64,000 bases of DNA, from positions 15,821 to 79,820 of the forward strand of contig CAZFKS010000003.1 in NCBI GenBank assembly GCA_964519725.1, in the 5' to 3' direction. The notes beneath the pieces were generated by a model. That model did not search any database and was not told where the DNA came from. It worked only from the letters and a program-made list of their open reading frames with translations. This document shows positions 56,229-63,046 of this stretch, piece by piece. Origin of the DNA: an uncultured Gammaproteobacteria bacterium (GTDB taxonomy: Bacteria > Patescibacteriota > Patescibacteriia > Magasanikbacterales > UBA922). Positions within the stretch are counted from its first letter, which is position 1; each line of letters starts with the position of its first letter. The position numbers and the translations under genes were made by a program.

Positions 56229-56587
56229 AGGACTGCAAGTCGGGCGGCGAGCGCGGCGCCAACCGTCTGGGCCTCGGCGTCAAGCCGAAGAATCTCTTCG
56301 GCGAGCTCTTCCATGGTCCAGTGGCTGCCGAAGCCGAAGAGCGCTTCGTCGCCAAAGAGGGCGCCTGACACAAGGGACGTACCTGAAAGCGGAATCGTGA
56401 GTGGCGCGACGGCGACGAACGCCCGGAACCCGGTTTCCGGGTCGTGCGTGTCAATGAGCCTGACGGTAAGGTCCGAAAAAGACACGAAAGCGGCGATGTC
56501 GTCGTGCGTCGGCGCGTCCGGGAGCTCGTCTCGAAGGCGCTCGGCGAGTGCAAGAACCTCGGGTGAATAGGTCGTATCAGCGGTCAT
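56225..56587 (-). CDS. small protein, family P member 2 (unknown function)
   Basis: 120 aa; overlaps member 1 by 4 nt; shares the DDIAAFVSF...FRAFVAVAPLTIPL core with the paralogs. Confidence 0.5.
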   Translation of the reverse strand: MTADTTYSPEVLALAERLRDELPDAPTHDDIAAFVSFSDLTVRLIDTHDPETGFRAFVAVAPLTIPLSGTSLVSGALFGDEALFGFGSHWTMEELAEEILRLDAEAQTVGAALAARLAVL

Positions 56588-56993
56588 ACGGAACGGTTAC
56601 GAACAAGAGTGCGAGCCCGCGAGTGGTCGGGGCGGCGCGCGGAACACGTGGTTGCCGGTGGTGGTCGAGGTCGTGTCATAGGAGGCGGGCCGGGGCCGTT
56701 ATCCGCCCCGCGGCTCCCGCGTGGCGACTGGACTCCCTGCCCGATACCGGGAGCCGATTAGCCAGGCGGCCCGTCCACAGGTCAAGGCCCTCGGCCGCTC
56801 TCGGACGGGCGCCTTGCCGCCCGGGGGTAACCTGTGGGCGGACGTCTGGCAGGCTCAACCGGCAGGGCGGGAGGCCGGGAGCTGAGCGGGACCGCTCGTG
56901 TTCGCGTTGTCTCTCGGCTGTTGGCTGTTCGGGTGGGCCTGTCCGGCCGACGTGCGCCGTGGGGCGCCGACGGCAAGGACTCCTTATGGGGGG
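56588..56993 (-). repeat. element A copy 1: about 400-bp conserved non-coding leader directly upstream of the P-gene start codon (candidate structured RNA / regulatory leader)
   Basis: About 95% identical (by eye) to the split copy at 62006-62367 plus 62797-62853. Contains long GC stems, e.g. CGGCTCCCG...CGGGAGCCG and GGCGGCCCGTCC...GGACGGGCGCC. Track ORFs over it are Arg/Pro-rich artefacts. Confidence 0.6.
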
Positions 56994-57056
56994 AGCCGCG
57001 CCGCGGCGACTAAGTCCCCCATGGAAGCCCGGCGCGCGCGGGCGCAGCGATAGCGT

Positions 57057-57072
57057 GTTTCCCCGGGGAAAC
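57057..57072. promoter_or_regulatory. 16-bp palindrome GTTTCCCCGGGGAAAC (copy 4)
   Basis: Between the SMC-like ATPase gene stop and leader element A copy 1. Confidence 0.5.
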
Positions 57073-57172
57073 AGCATGACCTGGCGCGCTTGCGGCCACG
57101 TTCGCACCCAACCGCGTTCCCACGGCGACGGCCGTTCGTTCGCCACATTTGGCCGAGTTGCGCCACCGCTTC

Positions 57173-58957
57173 CTACTTCACTTCGCCGAGGAAGTGCGGA
57201 CTCTTGGGCCCCTGGAAGGTCGGGGCCCAGGTCTCATCGATCCCTGCCGGCACAACCTCAATATCGGTGGCGCTGTACACGAGCTGAATGGGCGGGTCAG
57301 TCGTCGAGATCATCTTCTTGAACTCAACGACGAAGTCTCGTAGGTCCTCGGCGCTCAGCTCTTGTTGACGGGGCGCATCCAAGATAAGAACTCGGGGATG
57401 CTGCCCGTTCGTCTTGAGCGAGGCTTCGACGAGTGCGGCGTGATATGCGAGCACGAACCGGGCTCGCGTGCTGCCCGAATGACCAGAACCCTTCTTGAAG
57501 ACTTCTCCGTCCACGACGAATCGAAAATCTTCATCCCACGTGACGTCGAGAGCGGTGTTAGGAGTTCGGAGGACCGCCAGCCACCTTCGCGCTGCACCGG
57601 CCAATGCTGATCGAGCGTCGAGGACCCGGTCTCCCGGGCCGCTCCGCCTCGCTCGTGGACGGAGGGAGTCAACTAACTCGGCTTCGGCCCGCTCGCGGTC
57701 GAGAAGGGCGTTGAGCTGGGCTCGCTCGCGCTCGATGCGCTGCAGCCGATCGAGACGGACCCGAACGTCACCGATCTCTCTACTCAGGGTGTCAAGCATG
57801 GCCACGACCGATTCGCCGGGGCTCCGGGCGAGGCCGTCAGTCTTCTCTTTGACGGTAGTATCGAGGGCCGCCTGCGCTTCAGCGAGCTGCGAACCAAGCA
57901 GCCCGATTTCGGTATTCGCGTCCCCGATCCCCGTGACGAAGTCCTTGAGCTGGTCCCTCAAGTAGAGCACCCGGCGGCCATATGACGCTTCCGGGTTCCG
58001 GAAAAACTGGCAACTGCCACTGCCGCACAGCCTTCGGAACACGTCGGCCGCAATTTCGTTCTGTTCGAGAGCAGACAACTCGGTCTCAATCTCGGCCTGA
58101 GCGGCTTGCACCTGCATCATCCGACGCCTCAGGGCGCCATGTCGTTGGCCTAGCTCGTCGCGAATCCTCGTTGCCTCTCGGATTCGGCCATCGTAGACCG
58201 CACTGTCCGCAGCCAACACCTCGAGTGCGGAGTACATCCGAGTTAGCTCGCGCTCCAGGGTCGCGTGCCGCTCCCGAAGTAGAACCGCGCCATCGGGGCT
58301 GGCATCGGCGCCAGTTTCGCGCTGGAGCGCTTCGAGCCCGAGCCTCTTGAACGATATCTGTTCGCGTGTGCCGCCAAGACGTTCTTCAGCGGTTCGGAAG
58401 GCAGACTTGTCGACGGGCTTGTGCTTCGGTGGCAGGTCGAGGAGCCACCGCACCACTTCCTCGCGCTGGTCTCGCACGAACGTAGCTGTCGGCTCGTACC
58501 CGGTGGTCCAGCCCCCGTCCTGCTCAACCAAGAACATCGGGCCAGCCACGCTCAGGTACGCCGGAACTGGAGAGCCGTCACCACTTGAGGTGAGAGTCCG
58601 CGGCGCCGTACCGATTCTCGGAAGTACCCACGCCGAGAGTTCTCGCTCGGTTGCGATTTCGGTGCGCTCGCCGTCAGGTCCCTGAACGCGCACCTCAACT
58701 CCCTTTGCAACGATCTGCCGTTCGAGCGTGTGCTCGCCTAGGCCATCCGTGAGAACGAGGCGGACTGCTTGGCAGCGCTCGCGCACGTCCTTCGGGAACT
58801 CCACCGGAAGCCCCAGCGCGTACATAATCGCCTTCATTACCGGCGTCTTGCCGGAGCCGTTCGGCCCGAGGACCACCGTCGTGTGGCGCCCGAAGCGGAG
58901 TTTGCCAGAGCCCCAGCCTGCTTCGCCCCGCGGGAGGATTTCGAATTCAGTGAGCAT
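57173..58957 (-). CDS. SMC/ABC-type ATPase with central coiled coil (LmuB/DdmC-like)
   Basis: VVLGPNGSGKTPVMKAI Walker A at N-terminus; long Ala/Arg/Glu/Leu-rich coiled coil; C-terminal RVLILDAP Walker-B-like box (Asp-Ala rather than Asp-Glu). ATG overlaps upstream stop (ATGA). Confidence 0.7.
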   Translation of the reverse strand: MLTEFEILPRGEAGWGSGKLRFGRHTTVVLGPNGSGKTPVMKAIMYALGLPVEFPKDVRERCQAVRLVLTDGLGEHTLERQIVAKGVEVRVQGPDGERTEIATERELSAWVLPRIGTAPRTLTSSGDGSPVPAYLSVAGPMFLVEQDGGWTTGYEPTATFVRDQREEVVRWLLDLPPKHKPVDKSAFRTAEERLGGTREQISFKRLGLEALQRETGADASPDGAVLLRERHATLERELTRMYSALEVLAADSAVYDGRIREATRIRDELGQRHGALRRRMMQVQAAQAEIETELSALEQNEIAADVFRRLCGSGSCQFFRNPEASYGRRVLYLRDQLKDFVTGIGDANTEIGLLGSQLAEAQAALDTTVKEKTDGLARSPGESVVAMLDTLSREIGDVRVRLDRLQRIERERAQLNALLDRERAEAELVDSLRPRARRSGPGDRVLDARSALAGAARRWLAVLRTPNTALDVTWDEDFRFVVDGEVFKKGSGHSGSTRARFVLAYHAALVEASLKTNGQHPRVLILDAPRQQELSAEDLRDFVVEFKKMISTTDPPIQLVYSATDIEVVPAGIDETWAPTFQGPKSPHFLGEVK

Positions 58958-59436
58958 CAGAGTAGCTCCAGACCTCGGAGTCGAACCCGCTCGTGTGCCT
59001 TTGCGAGTGATCGAACAAGCGCACCAACATCGGTAATTTGAACCCGCAGATCCGAAAGAAGTGCCCGGCCGGTGGCGGAGGTGCTGACGCGACGAAGCGA
59101 CCCCTCGACCACATCAACCAAGCCAACAGTCTCAAGAATTGCGAGACCATCGGCGCACCGAGCGCGAAGCGAAACAGACCACTTCAGTCGACTTCTCGTC
59201 CCTCCGTCCGGGTCGAATCGCTCTGCAAGCACCGCGAGTGTCCATGTGGCTAGTTCACTGGTGCGGAGTTCGCCGTGACGCGCGTGTGTCACGACAAGAA
59301 TCGCGAGTGCGATAAGAGGCGTGTGGAAGAGCGTGTCGGCCGACAGGCCAGCTACGCGGTCGAGCCCGTCGGCGTTGACCTGCAACCGGACGTTTGCCGC
59401 CATTGCTGCTTCGATCAATTGTTCGAGGGTCCTCAC
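58957..59436 (-). CDS. small middle subunit of the three-gene operon (LmuC/DdmB-position protein)
   Basis: 159-aa ORF (GTG start at 59436, or ATG 59403) overlapping both neighbours. Confidence 0.45.
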   Translation of the reverse strand: MRTLEQLIEAAMAANVRLQVNADGLDRVAGLSADTLFHTPLIALAILVVTHARHGELRTSELATWTLAVLAERFDPDGGTRSRLKWSVSLRARCADGLAILETVGLVDVVEGSLRRVSTSATGRALLSDLRVQITDVGALVRSLAKAHERVRLRGLELL

Positions 59437-60605
59437 GGCTCCGCCTCGACAGCCAGCGCCAGGATCGCGCCGAAAACGAGTGACTTGGTGAGTGGCTTCG
59501 TGGCGCCAATTGTGGCGTACCTCTGTGCGAGTGCACTCGCCTCATTCACGAGCCAGTCTAACGCCTTTCGGTCGGACACGTAGATCCGGAGCACGTCGCG
59601 GCAGTCCTTCTTTAGCAGGAGCAGGTCAGCAAGGTCGATCGTGGATCGTTCGGCGATAACCCACTCATCCCATCCCGTCTTCAGCTGACACCAGTCGGGA
59701 ATATGTGATTCGTCAATGCCGCTTCGCTGACAAAGCCGGTGAAGGCGCGAAAGAGCTACTACAGTTTGAAGGCCGGTCTCCTTAAGCGCTCGGTATCCCG
59801 TCGCCGAGAGGCTGAGGAGCTTTAGGATGTCCTCGAGGACGAGCGCCTTTTCCGACCGCAAGTCTGCCGGTGTCGACGGAAGGGCCTTCAGCACACGCTG
59901 GGACTTTCCGCGCACGACCGTGACAAGGCTTTCGCCGATGCGGAGTGCCTCGGACATTCGCAGGTCGACCTCAGAGAGCTTTCGAATTCGATTGCCGATC
60001 TCCAGCCGGCAGACGTCCTGATCGTGGAGTTTCCCGACGCACTCCTGCACGTGGAGACGCTGGAGGAAGGAGAGGAAGCTGGCCTCATCAAGACCAGGAA
60101 CCGCGGCCGGAAGGACTGCCACGACGTCCTGAAATATCCGAAGCGACTCACCGGCAAGCTGCGAATGAGAGGTGACGTTCTTCGCCTCCGTCAACAGGGC
60201 GTCGAACTCCGACGCAACCGCGGCGTTCGTGACGAAGACGAATCGGGCGCAACGCCCTCCGAAGCGAGTGGTGTGATCGAACATCTTCGGAAAAATGGCG
60301 GTCGCGTCGGCGGTGTACGGTGCCCTACGTCCTTTGAGCCCGAAGAACTCCTTCCACGACCAGGGACCTTCACTCGGCGAGCGGGTCTTCACCTGGTGGA
60401 ATCGGTACGAGATTATCGTGGCTTCCTCGAATACGTAGTCATCATGCCACTCGCAATAGATGCACACGTACTGATTTTCATCGAGAACGAGAAGCGCATC
60501 GTATGCCGCTTGATGATATTGGAACTCATAACGAGCGCCGGTGACGGCGCCGACCTGCTCGCGCGGCTCGCTCTGAAACAGTTCACGTCCGACCGGAGCG
60601 CTCAC
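59433..60605 (-). CDS. DUF4297-like (Cap4/LmuA-type) PD-(D/E)xK nuclease-domain protein, candidate effector
   Basis: N-terminus GARYEFQYHQAAYDALLVL then CEWHDDYVFEE...FHQVK fits the D...QxK restriction-endonuclease-like core; 390 aa; GTG start. Confidence 0.55.
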   Translation of the reverse strand: MSAPVGRELFQSEPREQVGAVTGARYEFQYHQAAYDALLVLDENQYVCIYCEWHDDYVFEEATIISYRFHQVKTRSPSEGPWSWKEFFGLKGRRAPYTADATAIFPKMFDHTTRFGGRCARFVFVTNAAVASEFDALLTEAKNVTSHSQLAGESLRIFQDVVAVLPAAVPGLDEASFLSFLQRLHVQECVGKLHDQDVCRLEIGNRIRKLSEVDLRMSEALRIGESLVTVVRGKSQRVLKALPSTPADLRSEKALVLEDILKLLSLSATGYRALKETGLQTVVALSRLHRLCQRSGIDESHIPDWCQLKTGWDEWVIAERSTIDLADLLLLKKDCRDVLRIYVSDRKALDWLVNEASALAQRYATIGATKPLTKSLVFGAILALAVEAEP

Positions 60606-60984
60606 CGCAGGTCACCTCTTGTCCAGTCAGTGCCTTGAGGTGCGCGCGGTCACGCACCGTAGGCAGATCCCGTTCATCGCCGATACAGTAAGTGGGGCGG
60701 AGGTAGGCGTCAATCCGGGAAATTGCGGAAGCACCGAGTTCTCTTTGGGGGAGGAGACGGAGGAGACGGCAACTTCCCGCGGTCAAATCCATGTGCGGTC
60801 CTGTCCCACTGGCTGCGCCCGAAATGCCCGTCGACAGCAAGAACAGGTGATCGTCTTCTTCGCGAACAGGGACGATGAAACGCGAGTCCAATGCCCGCAT
60901 GGGCGGGACCGCGGCTGACAGGACGTCCTCGTCGACTGGAAGGACGCCCGGGAGTGAAGATGCAGGCGCGTTGCTATCATCCAT
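60583..60984 (-). CDS. possible 133-aa ORF at the head of the operon
   Basis: ATG at 60984 lies 51 nt downstream of a GTTTCCCCGGGGAAAC palindrome and overlaps the next gene by 23 nt. No domain. Could be spurious. Confidence 0.25.
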   Translation of the reverse strand: MDDSNAPASSLPGVLPVDEDVLSAAVPPMRALDSRFIVPVREEDDHLFLLSTGISGAASGTGPHMDLTAGSCRLLRLLPQRELGASAISRIDAYLRPTYCIGDERDLPTVRDRAHLKALTGQEVTCGERSGRT

Positions 60985-61034
60985 GAGAACCCGTCCTGGC
61001 GACCGGGATTACGGAGCGTCAACGGAGCAAGCCT

Positions 61035-61050
61035 GTTTCCCCGGGGAAAC
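61035..61050. promoter_or_regulatory. 16-bp palindrome GTTTCCCCGGGGAAAC (copy 5)
   Basis: 51 nt upstream of the ORF starting at 60984. Shares flanks cctGTTTCCCCGGGGAAACacg with copy 1. Confidence 0.5.
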
Positions 61051-61124
61051 ACGCCAGGCGCGCGTTGTCGAAAGACAGCAGCCGGCCAAGCGTTCTCGTT
61101 CGCGGGCGATGCCGCGAACGGACA

Positions 61125-61263
61125 TCCCCCTCTGGGGGAGGGATGGCGGCGAAGCCGACGGCACTCCGGCACAGGGGGACGGGAGGGGGTGACGGGGCCA
61201 GCGGCCGCCCCGCCCCCCGAAGGGGGCGGAAGTGGCGCGGCCATAAAAAGATAGGCCCACCCG
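61125..61263 (-). repeat. element B copy 2
   Basis: Same hairpin series immediately downstream of the family P member 3 stop. Confidence 0.6.
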
Positions 61264-61267
61264 GCTG

Positions 61268-62005
61268 TTAGTCTTCGGTTGCTAGCATGATGGTTGCGAC
61301 GATTTCGAGCTGGTCGCCGCGGTGAACGGCTACGACAAGGGACACCGCGCCGACTTCAAACGGGAGGCGCTCGCCAAGGTCAACGCCGCCTGCGGCCTCG
61401 ATGGCTTCGCGGGCGCCGGCGAGCGCGGCGAGGATTTCGAGGCCGCCGCGGTCCTTCTCGTCGCGCGGCTTGCCAGCCCGGAGGTCCGCGAGCGCACCCA
61501 CCGTGATTGCGACCGGCACCGGAAACCCGGCCGTGCGGGCGACCCCTTCGGCATCTATGAGGACGCCGTCCCCGATTGCCTCGGCGCGGGTGTAGCTGAA
61601 CACGTAGGCGCTCCGGTCCGCGAGTCGGTCCGGCGACCGAACCGGGAACTCAAAGAGCCAGGCAAAGCGAATCGCCCGCGCCCGTTGGTCAAGGCAGTCG
61701 AGCGCGTCCGCGACCTCGGCGGGTTCAAGCGTCTCGGGCTCGCCCGGCTCGAACGCGAACGCCTCGCGGTCGAATACGAGCGCGGCCCATTCGTCCCGTA
61801 CGCCCGTCTTGACCGTAAGCGGGAGGGCCGCGGCGTAGATGGCAAAGTCGTGCTCCGCATGAAGACGCGACAGCTCGAACGCCAAGAGCGGCGAGGCGGA
61901 CACGAACGCGGCAAACTGGTAGTGCCGCGGCCGCGCGTCCGGGAACTGCTCGGTATAGGCGGTCCGAATCTCGGTAAGCGTGGGCGGCGTAGTGCGGTAT
62001 AGCAT
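61268..62005 (-). CDS. family P member 3 (245 aa, N-terminal P-family core plus C-terminal extension)
   Basis: N-terminal 115 aa align with members 1 and 2 (QFAAFVSASPLLAFELSRLHAEHDFAIYAAALPLTVK...ALVFDREAFAFEP...LDQRARAIR). Flanked by the same A and B elements. Confidence 0.5.
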   Translation of the reverse strand: MLYRTTPPTLTEIRTAYTEQFPDARPRHYQFAAFVSASPLLAFELSRLHAEHDFAIYAAALPLTVKTGVRDEWAALVFDREAFAFEPGEPETLEPAEVADALDCLDQRARAIRFAWLFEFPVRSPDRLADRSAYVFSYTRAEAIGDGVLIDAEGVARTAGFPVPVAITVGALADLRAGKPRDEKDRGGLEILAALAGAREAIEAAGGVDLGERLPFEVGAVSLVVAVHRGDQLEIVATIMLATED

Positions 62006-62367
62006 ACATGATGGTTAGTAAGAGCGGGCCACGGTACCGGGGGCGGTACGTGGTCACGGGACGGCGCGCGGAACGCCGCGGTTACCGGTGGTGGTCGAGG
62101 TCGTGTCATAGGATGCGGGCCGGGGCCGTTATCCGCCCCGCGGCTCCCGCGTGGCGACTGGACTCCCTGCCCGATACTGGGAGCCGATTAGCCAGGCGGC
62201 CCGTCCACAGGTCAAGGCCCTCGGCCGCTCTGGGACGGGCGCCTTGCCGCCCGGGGGCAACCTGTGGGCGGACGTCTGGCAGGCTCAACCGGCAGGGCGG
62301 GAGGCCCGGGAGCCTAGCGGGGCCGCTCGTATCGCGTTGGCTGTTGGCTGTTCGGGTGGGCCTGTCC
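62006..62367 (-). repeat. element A copy 2, proximal part
   Basis: Aligns from the P3 start codon through ...TTCGGGTGGGCCTGTCC, where the alignment is interrupted by a 429-bp insertion. Confidence 0.6.
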
Positions 62368-62796
62368 TTGGGCGCTCACGAGAATTGACCCGGGGTCTGC
62401 TCGTCTGGAGTGATCCAATCGCAGCGTGGGTTGGGTGGTTCGCTCCCGCGGGGTTGCGCTCGTTCCAGTCGGCTGCGAGCCGCGTCCGGCGCACGATCTG
62501 CGACTTCGAACGCAGCCGACTTCCACGACCGCCCATTGGAAGGCCACAAACCGGTTGCTGGACCGTGGGGCCTATGGCATCTTCTCCCTCGTGACGCCGC
62601 TCCGAGTGGTGTCAGCCTCCGTTGGCCCGTGGCAACCGGGCAACGTCGAGGCCATGAGCCGAAAACGTTGTACATCAAAAGTAGTTGGCGGGCGCGCGCG
62701 GTGCTTCGAGACCTGAGGAGCGCGGCTGGGCGGTCGTGTTCCGTCGGTGGATCAGTTTCGGCGAGCACGATTGGATCAGTTCAGGCGAGCACCGAA
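62368..62796. mobile_element. 429-bp MITE-like non-autonomous insertion flanked by 9-bp direct duplication GGCCTGTCC, imperfect terminal inverted repeats
   Basis: Absent from the otherwise collinear copy 1 of element A. GGCCTGTCC present at 62359-62367 and 62797-62805. Ends TTGGGCGCTCACGAGAATTGACC ... GGATCAGTTCAGGCGAGCACCGAA are imperfect inverted repeats, and GATCCAATCG / CGATTGGATC lie near the two ends. Confidence 0.5.
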
Positions 62797-62853
62797 GGCC
62801 TGTCCGGCCGACGTGCGCCGTGGGGCGCCGACGGCAAGGACTCCTTATGGGGG
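62797..62853 (-). repeat. element A copy 2, distal part (resumes after the insertion)
   Basis: GGCCTGTCCGGCCGACGTGCGCCGTGGGGCGCCGACGGCAAGGACTCCTTATGGGGG identical to 56937-56993. Confidence 0.6.
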
Positions 62854-63046
62854 CGCTGCGTCTGACTGCGGTGGCCGTCTACCTCCGAAATCAAGTCGGG
62901 AACCGCTCGCGCGTCGGTAGCACGCTTGACGTGTTCAGGGGCGGACTCGTACCGTCCTCGTTCCGCGTCCGCTCGCCCAGAAGGAGAGGCACCGAGCGGC
63001 GCAGTGGGCTCCCAAGGACCACCACGGGCAACTTTTGAGAGGCGTC

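Noticed and set aside
56548-57321. 257-aa ORF (and 62008-62388, 126 aa) across element A
   Set aside because: Arg/Pro/Ala-rich translation. The region is about 95% identical at the DNA level between copies, so the identical protein is uninformative. The element looks like a structured non-coding leader.
55732-61263. Integron gene-cassette / attC interpretation of element B (conserved about 135-bp imperfect palindromic element just 3' of variable small genes)
   Set aside because: Element B lacks recognisable R''/R' core sites (RYYYAAC / GTTRRRY) at its ends. GTTAGTC at the P3 stop fails the consensus. No IntI integrase or attI is in the window, and the conserved 400-bp element A upstream of each gene does not fit cassette structure.
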